DNA of 64,000 nucleotides from a marine bacterium B5-7 (GTDB taxonomy: Bacteria; Pseudomonadota; Gammaproteobacteria; Arenicellales; CAJQKF01), in contig BQJD01000002.1 of the NCBI GenBank assembly GCA_021604525.1, forward strand, positions 24,282-88,281, read 5' to 3'. A program made the translations under genes and the position numbers. A model generated the notes under the pieces. That model was not told the origin of the DNA. It did not search any database and worked only from the letters and a program-made list of their open reading frames with translations. Of the stretch, positions 48,847-58,912 are shown piece by piece (position 1 is the stretch's first letter; every line of letters begins with the position of its first letter).

Positions 48847-49758
48847 CTATTGTGACGAATCGATCGGTGGTAACGATTTCAGATAGCGGATGATCGCATC
48901 GCGATCCGCACTGGTGAGTTTGCCGGTATTGAAATCCACCACTTCAACCATCGAGCCACCAACGAAGTCACCGTCTGGGTACATGCCGATTTCCAGAAAA
49001 TCACGCAGATCGGATTTAGACCACTTACCGATACCGCTTTCACGATCAGGGGTGATATTCGGCACCGCATCACCTTCAGGTCCGTCCGGATTACCAGCCA
49101 ATTCTCGATCCTGATCAAGCGCGCCCATGAAGTTACGTGGGGTATGACATTCATCACAATGACCGAGATGCCGTACCAGGTAGGCACCCCGATTCCATTG
49201 CTCGTCATTGTTTGGGTCGGGAACATATACACCAGCTGTGAAGTTCAGCCACTTCCAGGGACCCAGCAGCCACCTGAAAGACACATACCAGTCAAGTTCA
49301 TGTGGGCGATTCTCACGCCGAATCGGCGGTATGCTATCAAGATAGCGTTTTATCGATTCAAGATCCGTATCGCTTAAGCCGGTATAGGAGGTATACGGAA
49401 AAGCCGGGTAGTAATGACTCCCGTCCGGACTCAACCCTTCTCGAAAAGCGCGAATGAAGTCCTGTTTACTAAATGCACCGATACCCGTTTCCACATCGGG
49501 CGTGATGTTGGGTGTATGGAATGTCCCAAACGGTGTGTCCAGCGCCCTGCCCCCGGCCATGTAGTCGCCTGCATCACCGTCCTCAACCGTATGACAGGCA
49601 ATACATCCACCGGCAGTGACCAGATACTCGCCAGCCACCTCGTTACTGACCTCGTCAGTCTTGGTATCGACTTCACCAGTGCTGGTCTGTGCGCTGACAA
49701 TCGAGCTGAACGCGAGCATCAGGACAGCCTGTATTACAGGAGTTTTTAAACGTAACAC
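48847..49758 (-). CDS. Dihaem c-type cytochrome (dehydrogenase cytochrome-c-subunit-like)
   Basis: Two CxxCH motifs (CIACH, CDECH). The start is placed at an in-frame GTG giving the signal peptide VLRLKTPVIQAVLMLAFSSIVSA/Q. The ORF track extends to 49824. Confidence 0.75.
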   Translation of the reverse strand: MLRLKTPVIQAVLMLAFSSIVSAQTSTGEVDTKTDEVSNEVAGEYLVTAGGCIACHTVEDGDAGDYMAGGRALDTPFGTFHTPNITPDVETGIGAFSKQDFIRAFREGLSPDGSHYYPAFPYTSYTGLSDTDLESIKRYLDSIPPIRRENRPHELDWYVSFRWLLGPWKWLNFTAGVYVPDPNNDEQWNRGAYLVRHLGHCDECHTPRNFMGALDQDRELAGNPDGPEGDAVPNITPDRESGIGKWSKSDLRDFLEIGMYPDGDFVGGSMVEVVDFNTGKLTSADRDAIIRYLKSLPPIDSSQ

Positions 49759-49847
49759 GTTAATGTTGATTCGAGTAAACGTCCACCTGATAACACCCGA
49801 CAGGTTTGATGCGCAGCTAACCACTTATCAAACCTGAATTCGTATCG

Positions 49848-50237
49848 CTATGCAGTTTGTTCCGTTAACCAGTCGTAGGCGCTGTCGCTGTCTTCGAATA
49901 AACGGACTTCGCCCCCGGTAAACCAGCCACCAATTTGCGCTGCCACCTTTTGCCACGACTTGTTACCGACCAAGGCGATTCTCTCGAACTCACGTCCGTG
50001 CTTTAGTCCCAACTTGAGGTCGTCCCATGCAGCCCTGGCCTCAAATCCCTGAAAATCGAGCAAGTCCACCAGCGCACGCACCTTCGGTTGCGACACCTCG
50101 GCTAGCGCGCCTTCCAGCATGGGCACAAACAGTTCGTAATCGGCGTGAGTCAATTTGCCTTCGATCTTGAACCGAACGAATAGTCTGGATTCAATTCGAT
50201 CAATACCAACTGTGATGCCATGTCGCTGATACTTCAT
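49848..50237 (-). CDS. STAS/SpoIIAA-like (SEC14-type) small protein
   Basis: 129 aa. FKIEGKLTHADYE...LVDLLDFQGFEARAAWDDLKLGLKHGREFERIALVG resembles the SpoIIAA-like family. Confidence 0.6.
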   Translation of the reverse strand: MKYQRHGITVGIDRIESRLFVRFKIEGKLTHADYELFVPMLEGALAEVSQPKVRALVDLLDFQGFEARAAWDDLKLGLKHGREFERIALVGNKSWQKVAAQIGGWFTGGEVRLFEDSDSAYDWLTEQTA

Positions 50238-50299
50238 GGATTATGGAGCCTCCTTCAGGTAGCTGTGTGGATAAACCAAATTCCGCGGCATTTATACCT

Positions 50300-51817
50300 C
50301 TAGTGTTCGCCACCCGCCTTGAAATTAAACACCGCACCGGACCGAATACCCGACGGCCAGCGTGTGGTGACGGTTTTCATGCGGGTGTTGAAGCGCACAC
50401 CTTCAGGGCCATGAATGAAATGATCGCCGAACAACGAACGCTTCCAACCTCCGAAACTGTGAAAGGCCAGCGGCACCGGGATCGGCACGTTGACACCCAC
50501 CATGCCTATCTTGATGCGGTGCGCGAAGTTACGGGCAGCATCGCCGTCGCGGGTAAAAATTGCCGTTCCGTTTCCGTATTCGTGATCGTTGATCATCCGT
50601 ACCGCTTCGTCGTAACTCTCGGCACGTACCACGCACAGCACCGGACCGAATATCTCGTCGGAATAAATACTCATGTCCGGTTTGACGTGATCGAATATGG
50701 TTGCGCCAACGAAACAGCCGTTCTCATGTCCATTGACTGCGATATCACGTCCATCGACAACAAGGGTCGCGCCTGCTGCCACGCCCTGATCGATATAATC
50801 CTTGATACGGGACTGAGCCTCCGGTGAGATGACCGGACCCATCTCTGACGTGGGATCGGTGTATGGCCCGACCTTGAGGGATTCAATTCGCGGCACCAGT
50901 TTCTCCATCATCGCATCGGCTGCCGCATCACCGACGGCGACCACTACCGAGATCGCCATGCAGCGCTCGCCAGCGGAACCATAGGCTGCACCCATCACCG
51001 CATCGGTCACCTGGTTCATATCCGCGTCTTCCATCACCACCATGTGGTTCTTGGCGCCGCACAGCGCCTGTACGCGCTTGTTATGGGCGCAACCCGTGTG
51101 ATAGACGTATTCGCCAATTTTTGTCGAACCCACAAAGCTGATCGCCTGAACATCGGGATCGGTCAGCAGGGTGTCGACGGCCTCCTTGTCGCCGTTAACG
51201 ACATTGAGTACACCATTCGGAAGACCGGCTTCACTGAAAAGTTCGGCAAGACGCAAGCCACACGAGGGATCCTTTTCCGATGGCTTCAACACAAACGTGT
51301 TGCCACAGGCGATGGCAATGGGAAACATCCACATCGGTACCATTGCTGGAAAATTGAACGGCGTAATGCCGGCACATACGCCGAGGGGCTGGCGCATGCT
51401 GAAACTATCGACGCCGCCAGCAACGTTTTCAGAGTATTCACCCTTCAAAAGCTGAGGGATACCACAGGCGAATTCGACCACTTCAAGGCCACGGGTAATG
51501 GAGCCCTTGGCGTCATCGAGTGTCTTGCCGTGTTCTGATGAAAGCAAGTTGGCCAACTCGTCCATGTGGGCGACAATTAATTCACGAAAACGAAATAACA
51601 CCTGAGCACGACGAGCCGGCGCTATTTCCGACCAGGCAGGAAAGGCTGCTTTAGCTGCGGCGATTGCACTTCGAACCTCGTCACCGCTGGCCAGGGGCGC
51701 TTGCGCTGTGACCTCGCCCAGTGCAGGGTTGTAAATTGATCCGAAACGGCCGCTGGTGCCTTCGACGCGCTCGCCGTTAATATAGTGATAGAGTGTTTGG
51801 GTGACCTGGGCGTCCAT
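50300..51817 (-). CDS. mmsA: CoA-acylating methylmalonate/malonate-semialdehyde dehydrogenase
   Basis: Starts at MDAQVTQTLYHYINGERV behind AAGGAG. ALDH motifs FPAMVPMWMFP.AIACGNTFVLKPSE, catalytic GERCMA, and FGG.K.S.FGD. Confidence 0.85.
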   Translation of the reverse strand: MDAQVTQTLYHYINGERVEGTSGRFGSIYNPALGEVTAQAPLASGDEVRSAIAAAKAAFPAWSEIAPARRAQVLFRFRELIVAHMDELANLLSSEHGKTLDDAKGSITRGLEVVEFACGIPQLLKGEYSENVAGGVDSFSMRQPLGVCAGITPFNFPAMVPMWMFPIAIACGNTFVLKPSEKDPSCGLRLAELFSEAGLPNGVLNVVNGDKEAVDTLLTDPDVQAISFVGSTKIGEYVYHTGCAHNKRVQALCGAKNHMVVMEDADMNQVTDAVMGAAYGSAGERCMAISVVVAVGDAAADAMMEKLVPRIESLKVGPYTDPTSEMGPVISPEAQSRIKDYIDQGVAAGATLVVDGRDIAVNGHENGCFVGATIFDHVKPDMSIYSDEIFGPVLCVVRAESYDEAVRMINDHEYGNGTAIFTRDGDAARNFAHRIKIGMVGVNVPIPVPLAFHSFGGWKRSLFGDHFIHGPEGVRFNTRMKTVTTRWPSGIRSGAVFNFKAGGEH

Positions 51818-51893
51818 ATCGACTCCTTTCAGGAAAGGTGATGTAGTGTTGGGAAATGCATCCCGAACGACGACTTGGAAATAGCGATCTACA

Positions 51894-52343
51894 ATGAGAT
51901 TTTGCAATCCAAAGCCAGTTTGGCGCAACCGAAATCAACCGACAAGGGCCAGTCGGGTGTGCTCTATCGAGCCAATTCGCGGCATCAGGACATTATCGCT
52001 GCAAGCAGCCTTTCTCTTGATATTTCAAGTGAGTAGTGCATCGGCAGAACCTGTTACGACACTTGAACTGCTTACCCAAATCGTTTATCGCGTCGAGGTG
52101 GCAAGTTATTGCGGTCTGGTTGACGAGTCGGTCGCGCGGGGGTTTCGGGCCCGTCGCGATGCCATTATCGAAAATGGCAATATTAACGACAACGAAATCG
52201 AAAAAGCCAATGCCAACGCCTGGAAGGCAGCCAACGCAGAATGGCAAAATCGCGGTCTTGGCGGTTTCAAAAACTGGTGTCGTACCGAAGGGCTCGAGTC
52301 TGCCCGGTATTTCAAGGATATCGACGATAGCGAAGGCGACTGA
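51894..52343 (+). CDS. Hypothetical small secreted protein
   Basis: Signal-like LSLQAAFLLIFQVSSASA/EP followed by a helical ~100-aa domain with two Cys. The start is uncertain (ATG 51894 or GTG 51957). I recognise no family. Confidence 0.45.
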   Translation: MRFCNPKPVWRNRNQPTRASRVCSIEPIRGIRTLSLQAAFLLIFQVSSASAEPVTTLELLTQIVYRVEVASYCGLVDESVARGFRARRDAIIENGNINDNEIEKANANAWKAANAEWQNRGLGGFKNWCRTEGLESARYFKDIDDSEGD

Positions 52344-52352
52344 CGCCGTTGA

Positions 52353-52775
52353 TCAATCGTCGGTCTCGTTGTCGACCGGTGCTTTCAACTCCACCGTATT
52401 GCCGTCCGGGTCGTCGATATAAATTGATTGACCGAATCCCGTGGCCCCATAACGCCTGCCAAACTGGCTTGCTTTAATGCCGTGCGCTGAGAGATGTTGT
52501 CGCAACTCTTCCTCATTGAATTCGGCCAGCCGCAGACAGAAATGGTCCATGTTGTGGCCAGTTTGTCTCGGCGCATCGCCTCCGCTACGGCCCAGCTCAC
52601 TATTGATCTCGACAATATCGATAAGGCTGCTACCGGCACGAAGTTGAATCAGACCGAACGCCGGCGACGATTCTCGCTCCACAGTGCAACCCAGCACATC
52701 GCGATAAAAAGCAACCAATCGTGCGGGATTCTCACTGCGAAGAACCAGATGATCAAGCCCGAGTATTTGGTACAT
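52353..52775 (-). CDS. VOC/glyoxalase-family protein
   Basis: 140 aa. Motifs LGLDHLVLRSENPARLVAFYRDVLG, HFCLRL, and IYIDDPDGNTVEL. Confidence 0.75.
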   Translation of the reverse strand: MYQILGLDHLVLRSENPARLVAFYRDVLGCTVERESSPAFGLIQLRAGSSLIDIVEINSELGRSGGDAPRQTGHNMDHFCLRLAEFNEEELRQHLSAHGIKASQFGRRYGATGFGQSIYIDDPDGNTVELKAPVDNETDD

Positions 52776-52797
52776 GAATTCTTTTAATCCATGTAAT

Positions 52798-53850
52798 CTA
52801 AATGCTGCGAGCCGCTTCGCAAAGGTTGCTCAACTTATTTCTGGCGAGGTCGCGTCCTAAAAGACCCAGGCCACAATCGGGCGCGGCAATCAAACGTTCG
52901 GCATCAATGTGCGCCAGGGCATCGTGTATGCGTTCTCGAATCTCGGCAACGGTTTCCACACGACTTTTGGCAATGGCTACGACGCCCAATATCACCGTCG
53001 TATTGCGAAAACGTTCGAGCAACGACAAGTCGTTGTGGCGATGGGCATCTTCCAGAGATACTGCATCGATCGTCGACGCTTCAATGGCATCGGCTATCTC
53101 AAGATAGGCGTGTTGATCAGCCTTGGGATAGTCCGGATTATCGAGCCGATCAGGATACCCGCAACACATATGCACCGTTCGTGTCACATCATCCGGACAA
53201 TCCTTAAAGGCTCGCTGCAGGTTATCGAAACCGTATGCCAGTGCCTCAGCGGGTTTGCGTGCGAATAGCGGCTCATCGATCTGGATATGCTTGCAGCCGG
53301 CGGCAGCCAATGACAGAACCTCGGCATTAAGCGCATCCGCAAGATCTGCGCCAAGCGCTGCCGGGTCGTTGTAATACAGATCGGCATTGGTATCGGTAAT
53401 CGTCATGGGCCCGGGCATGGTGATTTTTACTGACCGGTCGGAATGGGCCATCGCCCGCACATAGTCGTTGGCAAGAAACAGATCCCGCGGCGATACCGGC
53501 CCACGAATGCTGGGCAGATTTGCCGAGTAGGCGCCGTTACGGAGGACTTTTTCGGTTAGTGAAGTAAAGTCAAAACCGTTTAAATGACGACAGTGGTAGT
53601 GAATGTAGTTCTCGCGTGAAACTTCACCATCAGTCGGGATGTCGATGCCCGCCTCGATCTGATCATTCAGCACTTCGGCAACACCGCGCTCAATGATTGC
53701 ATCGGCATCGGGACCGAGTTCACGTAATGCGGACTCCCATTGTCGAGTAGGATCAGCAGTATCCGGACCTGCTGGAATATTGAACCAGTCGGGAAGTTTG
53801 ACGTAATAGGGCTTCGGATAAGCGCCAATGCAGGTCGTTAAAATCTTCAT
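52798..53850 (-). CDS. Cobalamin-independent methionine-synthase-like (MetE C-terminal domain family) methyltransferase
   Basis: 350 aa. MKILTTCIGAYPKP start, IPTDGE, Zn-ligand contexts HMCCGY and APDCGL. Confidence 0.7.
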   Translation of the reverse strand: MKILTTCIGAYPKPYYVKLPDWFNIPAGPDTADPTRQWESALRELGPDADAIIERGVAEVLNDQIEAGIDIPTDGEVSRENYIHYHCRHLNGFDFTSLTEKVLRNGAYSANLPSIRGPVSPRDLFLANDYVRAMAHSDRSVKITMPGPMTITDTNADLYYNDPAALGADLADALNAEVLSLAAAGCKHIQIDEPLFARKPAEALAYGFDNLQRAFKDCPDDVTRTVHMCCGYPDRLDNPDYPKADQHAYLEIADAIEASTIDAVSLEDAHRHNDLSLLERFRNTTVILGVVAIAKSRVETVAEIRERIHDALAHIDAERLIAAPDCGLGLLGRDLARNKLSNLCEAARSI

Positions 53851-53922
53851 TTACCCGACATTGCCTTTTCCAATCGTTGAGATGCAACGGTCACTTTTAG
53901 TCACCCTTCCAAAGTATGAGCC

Positions 53923-55236
53923 TCAGTTGGATGACTCTTCGCCCTTCACCTGGCTCTCCAGATTGGTTGGCGCGAAAATACCCTGGTAGCCCTCGGTGCC
54001 TTTTGCAGGTGCATCATCAGTCGCTGCGTCGTTTGCGGCACCCGAATCACCCTTGACCTGGCTCTCCAGATTGGTTGGCGCGAATATGCCCTGATAGCCT
54101 TCGGTTCCCTTGGCCTTGCCAGTACTCGGCGCCGTGGTATTTGGCGCTGCCTGTTGGGTCCCGGGTTGTGCACCTTCAAACATCTGTTTCTTGCGGCGCT
54201 CATCGACGCGTCGTTGAGTCTCAAGTTTTTTGGCTTCCTTGACTGATGTCTTGCATTCATCGACACCGACTGTACCGGAATAATATGCAGTACCCAGACC
54301 CGCCAGGAAGATGACAATAATCATGGCGAACGCCGGATCAATCAGGCGATTACTCTTGCGACCCAGCTTCGAGAGCGCATCGGTGCCTTCGATAACCGCC
54401 TTGGATATAGCTTTCTCGAACGCATCAGTACGACGCTTCTTGATTTCCATGATTGCCGCAGCAAACAATGTGAGTACGACTATCGTAACTGCCAACGCGC
54501 TGATTGACGGGTTGATGCCGTAACGCACTTTACTCGCCAGCACGGTGGTTAATGTACTTTCCGATGTGATGGTAAATACGGTGGTGTTGTAGTTCTCGAA
54601 CGAAGCGAGAAATGCCAGAACCGCGGCGGAACCGATCGCAGGCTTTAGAAACGGCAACAGGATTTTACGGAATGTCTGCACATGAGACGCGCCAAGATCA
54701 AGCGCCGCTTCTTCAAGAGCAGGGTCGAAACGCTGCAAACGGGAGATGAATACCAACATCGAATAGGCCGATATGAACGTCGTCTGACCAACGATGGTGA
54801 GAAATATTCCATCGTAGAATATCGACTCGTAATTGGCGTTGAACATGGCGCCGAGCCGATCCCAGAAAATAAGTGTCGAAATACCCAGTACGACCCCTGG
54901 AATAAGAATCGGCGATACAACGATGGTGTAGTACCAGGGACGCACACGCGGGCTAATCTGCATCAGCATCAACGCGCCAGCCAGCCCGATCGGTACTGAA
55001 AGCGCAACCACACCGATACCGATAATGAGGCTGTTGCGAAGTCCGTCCATCAACTTGTCATCGTTGACCAGAACGTCGAACCACTCAACCGAAAAGCAGT
55101 CCCACGGCGACACCCGGGGAAAGTCCGCACTGTTGAATGCGGTAATACTCATGATGATCAACGGGCCAAACAGATAGGCAAAAAACATCACCACGAACAG
55201 CAGTACAGCATATTTCCCAAGGCGGTCGGTAATCAT
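53923..55236 (-). CDS. ABC transporter permease (PotC-like) with an extra C-terminal TM helix and a repeat-containing tail
   Basis: 437 aa. The PotC-type core (EAA-loop region EEAALDLGAS...FRKILLP) covers the first ~270 aa. It is followed by a linker, a TM helix (AFAMIIVIFLAGLGTAYY), a charged segment and a low-complexity tail with 2 x AKGTEGYQGIFAPTNLESQVKG. Confidence 0.8.
   Translation of the reverse strand: MITDRLGKYAVLLFVVMFFAYLFGPLIIMSITAFNSADFPRVSPWDCFSVEWFDVLVNDDKLMDGLRNSLIIGIGVVALSVPIGLAGALMLMQISPRVRPWYYTIVVSPILIPGVVLGISTLIFWDRLGAMFNANYESIFYDGIFLTIVGQTTFISAYSMLVFISRLQRFDPALEEAALDLGASHVQTFRKILLPFLKPAIGSAAVLAFLASFENYNTTVFTITSESTLTTVLASKVRYGINPSISALAVTIVVLTLFAAAIMEIKKRRTDAFEKAISKAVIEGTDALSKLGRKSNRLIDPAFAMIIVIFLAGLGTAYYSGTVGVDECKTSVKEAKKLETQRRVDERRKKQMFEGAQPGTQQAAPNTTAPSTGKAKGTEGYQGIFAPTNLESQVKGDSGAANDAATDDAPAKGTEGYQGIFAPTNLESQVKGEESSN
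53941..54114 (-). repeat. Intragenic duplication: two 66-nt units (53941-54006 and 54049-54114) encoding identical 22-aa peptides
   Basis: Hand alignment shows 9 nucleotide differences in 66 nt, all at synonymous third codon positions. Confidence 0.85.
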
Positions 55237-56162
55237 CGTGCAATCTCCCCAAGCTTGACCTTGAAGATCTTCATAACCAACAGCACGAAAACGATTGAGG
55301 TAATCAGCAACACGATTGCATAGGCCGAACCGCGCGGCCAGTTACCACCGGTATTGAACCACTGATAGATGATCTGGGTGAACCACAGGGAACTGGGTCC
55401 ACCGAGGATCTGTGGTGCGGCAAGGGCGCCGGCAGACAACATGAATACCATGGTGCATCCGGAACTGATGCCGGGCTTGGCAAACGGCATCACCACACGC
55501 CAGTGTATTCGCCACCACGGCGAGCCGAGATCGCGCGCAGCCTCAATCTGGTTTTTGTCCAGGCTTTCGACGGCGTTATAAAGCGGGAATATCATTAACA
55601 ACACGAAGGCATAGCCAAGGCCCGCATACAAGGCGATATTTTCGCGAATGAAAGGATAGGGATCGTCGACAATCCCCATCGCCATCAGAGCATCATTTAT
55701 TACCCCGTTGGAACCGAAGATAATTCTGAAAGCAAAGGCGCGCAATATTTCATTAACCCAAAACGGCACGATCAACGACAACACCATCAGTCGTGCCCAA
55801 CCACCCTTGGCAACCTGTGCCAGATAATAGGCTATTGGATAACAGATGATGAAATCGAACAAGGTTACGAATACAGCGGTAACGATAGTTCGTAGAAATA
55901 CCGTCAGATCGATGACATTGTAGGAGTCTTCACTCAGCGCACTACCAAACAACAGAAACTTGTAGTGACTGATGGTGTACACATCATTAGGCCCACCCTG
56001 TTCCGCCGGCGGCAGATTAAAACGGAATGAGAAATCGAACATGAATATCTGTGGCAGGATGATCAGGAAAAAAATCCAGAAACCAACCACGCCCAGTAGA
56101 AATACCGATAAAAATACGCCGTTTCTCGTAAAAAAATTCTTGAGGTAGTTGTAAAGGGCCAT
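55233..56162 (-). CDS. ABC transporter permease (PotB-like)
   Basis: 309 aa with 6 TM segments and EAA loop IEAARDLGSPWWRIHWRVVMP. It overlaps the downstream permease by 4 bp. Confidence 0.85.
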   Translation of the reverse strand: MALYNYLKNFFTRNGVFLSVFLLGVVGFWIFFLIILPQIFMFDFSFRFNLPPAEQGGPNDVYTISHYKFLLFGSALSEDSYNVIDLTVFLRTIVTAVFVTLFDFIICYPIAYYLAQVAKGGWARLMVLSLIVPFWVNEILRAFAFRIIFGSNGVINDALMAMGIVDDPYPFIRENIALYAGLGYAFVLLMIFPLYNAVESLDKNQIEAARDLGSPWWRIHWRVVMPFAKPGISSGCTMVFMLSAGALAAPQILGGPSSLWFTQIIYQWFNTGGNWPRGSAYAIVLLITSIVFVLLVMKIFKVKLGEIAR

Positions 56163-56174
56163 GGAATACTCCCG

Positions 56175-57278
56175 CTATTCTGCAGCCAGAGGTCCTTCGG
56201 CCAGGGCGACGCTCAATTCGGGTTCGCAAACGAGTTCAACAACCTCACCGCGGCGTCTCTCTGACGAAGAACCATCGTTGACCATCGACATCTTGACAGG
56301 CTTGGTACTACCGGGTACTTCGAAGTAAACCTGCCAGAAGTTCCCTTCGAACTCCTCATTGACGATAGTTGCCTTGATCCGATTGATCTGATTATCCGGC
56401 TTGGCAAAACGCAGCGATTCGGGGCGTTGAAAAACATATGCCGTATCGCCTACCTTTAATGGATTCGAAGCTGTCACAGGCGTCTTTGCGAGTAACGTGC
56501 CAACCGTCGTTGTCACCGTCGCCATCCCGTTGTCGACGCTTTCAACCGTGCCGCGAAACAAGTTGTTTTCGCCAACAAAGGACGCAACGAATGGTGAACC
56601 GGGGGCATCGTAAATCGTGGTTCCATCACCCACCTGCTCGATCACGCCATCACGCATAACCGCGACATTATCGGACATCGTCAGGGCTTCGCCTTGATCG
56701 TGGGTGATGTATATAAACGTAATACCGACGCGTCTTTGTATGGACCGAAGTTCAGTACGCATGTGTTGACGCAACTTCAGGTCAAGCGCCGACAACGGTT
56801 CGTCGAGCAACAAGACCTCGGGTTCTGCTGCCAGCGCACGGGCAATGGCTACCCGCTGGCGTTGACCGCCGGAGAGTTCGCCGACCATTTTTTCACCCTG
56901 GCCAGGCAACGCAATCAATTCAAGCAGTTCATCCGCCTTCTTGCGTCGTTCTGTCGCATTGACACCTTTTACTTCCAGCGCGAATGTGATGTTTTCCCAC
57001 ACCGTCATCAACGGAAAAAGTGCAAGGTTTTGAAAAATCAGCGCGGTGGGACGACGGTTAGGGCCGATACCGGCCATGTCCTTTCCACCGATAAGAATAT
57101 TACCTTCGGATGGTTTCAGGAAGCCTGATACTGCTCTGAGGATGGTTGTCTTGCCACATCCTGAAGGCCCGAGGAAACTGAAAAATTCACCCCCCTTGAT
57201 AGTGAGTTCGATCTCACGCGCGGCCACGAAACTGCCGAACTTAATCCAGACATTTTCCAGTCTGACATCTGCACTCAT
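56175..57278 (-). CDS. ABC transporter ATP-binding protein (PotA-like)
   Basis: Starts at MSADVRLENV. Walker A GPSGCGKTT, signature LSGGQRQR, Walker B LLLDEPLSALD, and a C-terminal TOBE-like domain. Confidence 0.85.
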   Translation of the reverse strand: MSADVRLENVWIKFGSFVAAREIELTIKGGEFFSFLGPSGCGKTTILRAVSGFLKPSEGNILIGGKDMAGIGPNRRPTALIFQNLALFPLMTVWENITFALEVKGVNATERRKKADELLELIALPGQGEKMVGELSGGQRQRVAIARALAAEPEVLLLDEPLSALDLKLRQHMRTELRSIQRRVGITFIYITHDQGEALTMSDNVAVMRDGVIEQVGDGTTIYDAPGSPFVASFVGENNLFRGTVESVDNGMATVTTTVGTLLAKTPVTASNPLKVGDTAYVFQRPESLRFAKPDNQINRIKATIVNEEFEGNFWQVYFEVPGSTKPVKMSMVNDGSSSERRRGEVVELVCEPELSVALAEGPLAAE

Positions 57279-57536
57279 TGCGATACTCCACTGGCCATTT
57301 ACGGCAGGTTTCCCGATGAAGCGGCCGTACAAAAATCATCGTACGGCATTGTAATAATTTACGCAGATAAGGAAGCTTTGATATCGACCTGATAACCACC
57401 AAGCGGGAACCATTCAATCAGGGAAATACCCGTATATTCCTCTCAAGCGCAATCGGATTTCTGCCTTTTCAGCTAAAACCCTGAAGGCGGCGCCGCGTAC
57501 GACGCCGCCATTATCATTGGTATTTTTATATTGTTA

Positions 57537-58718
57537 TCAGGCGTTGACGAACTTGTTTCGAAATTCTGTTCGCACGTCTGCATACCACTGAGGCTCTTTC
57601 GGCCAGGGCCACAGATTAGCCAGTGATTCGCCCGGATAAACAGAGGCAAAGGTCTTGGCATATGCCGCACTGGCGAACTTGTCAGCACCCAGCACCGCGG
57701 AGTTGTAACCATGTCCGCCCCAGGCTTCATCACCACCGCCATCGATGGACTTACCAGCCGGCTCCGGTTCGTAACAGAACTCGAGGAAGGCATAGACCTC
57801 TTCCATATTCTCAGCACCCGCTGACAGCGACATACCGTCGACCCATGCCAGAGAACCTTCAACCGGTGCGCGATACTGGACCGGATCACCATTATTCATC
57901 ATGGTAATCGGAGGGCCATCCCAGGTTTGCCCGACGAGCACGCCGTCATTGAGGAAGCCGTTTTTCTGACTGTCAGCATCGTTCCAGAACAGTTTTACCT
58001 GATCCTTGTTGGCAACGCAGAAGTCGGTAACGACAGTCCACACCTTGCGCATGGTTTCTTCATCGTTATAGGCATTCTTCATTGAACCGGGTTCGAGCTT
58101 GTCGATGGTTTCAAGATACAGGCCAGCACCGAGCATCCCCGAATGTGGTCGCATCATGGTTTTACCAGCCACATCGTCTTGCCAGATATCACCGTAACTC
58201 GGTATCTCTCCGGCGCGTGGCGGCGTCCATAGATCGGTTCGCCAGGCTACACCTTCGGTGCCCCATATATGCGGCAACCAGTGAGAGCCTTTGCCGTCAA
58301 AATTCCATTCTTCATCGCCAACCCGCAACATGGCCGGATTGACGTTACCGATATCGGGAATCTTGCCGTAGTCGAACGGCTGCAATAAACCGAGTTCAAT
58401 CCACTGCGGCGAGCGCATATTGGTCGGGCTGCAGATATCAACACCACGGCCCTTGGTGGCTTTCATCTTGTTGATGATTTCCTCATTGGAGCCGATACCG
58501 GTGTAGTTGATGGTAATACCGGTTTTTTCCTTGAATGCCTTGATGAAGCCCGGTGGCAGGTAGTCAGACCACATCAGTACATTGATCTCGCCTGAGGAGG
58601 CCAGCGCCCTTGGGCTTACCACCCAGGGACCGACCGCCGCAGCGGCGCTGGCCGCCGCCGTTCCCTTAAGGAACTTTCGGCGACCCGTGAAACAGGGGGT
58701 CTTCGCGTCGTCACTCAT
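57537..58718 (-). CDS. Periplasmic substrate-binding protein (PotD/PotF-like) with a twin-arginine signal
   Basis: 393 aa. Tat motif GRRKFLKGTAAASAAAAV...ALA, then INVLMWSDYLPPGFIKAFKEKTGI. Confidence 0.8.
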   Translation of the reverse strand: MSDDAKTPCFTGRRKFLKGTAAASAAAAVGPWVVSPRALASSGEINVLMWSDYLPPGFIKAFKEKTGITINYTGIGSNEEIINKMKATKGRGVDICSPTNMRSPQWIELGLLQPFDYGKIPDIGNVNPAMLRVGDEEWNFDGKGSHWLPHIWGTEGVAWRTDLWTPPRAGEIPSYGDIWQDDVAGKTMMRPHSGMLGAGLYLETIDKLEPGSMKNAYNDEETMRKVWTVVTDFCVANKDQVKLFWNDADSQKNGFLNDGVLVGQTWDGPPITMMNNGDPVQYRAPVEGSLAWVDGMSLSAGAENMEEVYAFLEFCYEPEPAGKSIDGGGDEAWGGHGYNSAVLGADKFASAAYAKTFASVYPGESLANLWPWPKEPQWYADVRTEFRNKFVNA

Positions 58719-58871
58719 TGGTTTTTTCTCCTTAACTCAAGTTGCAACTCATGTTGCTGTTTTTGTCGCCCACGGGGGTCGCGGTCGGCATTTTTTAATA
58801 TTCTTTATATTTTCTTTGTCAAAAAGTACCACAAAAAATCAAACTGATGAAAATGAATTTTTTTAAACCCA

Positions 58872-58907
58872 TACGAAAAGGTCGGTTATAGACCAATAAC
58901 CGACCTT
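58872..58907 (-). terminator. Rho-independent terminator after the aminotransferase gene
   Basis: AAGGTCGGTTAT-agacca-ATAACCGACCTT is a perfect 12-bp stem. On the minus strand it is followed by a short T-run (ccTTTTcg). Confidence 0.6.
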
Positions 58908-58912
58908 ACATT

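Noticed and set aside
50243-50827. 194-aa plus-strand ORF
   Set aside because: It is antisense to mmsA with shadow-ORF composition (His/Arg/Thr-rich) and no RBS.
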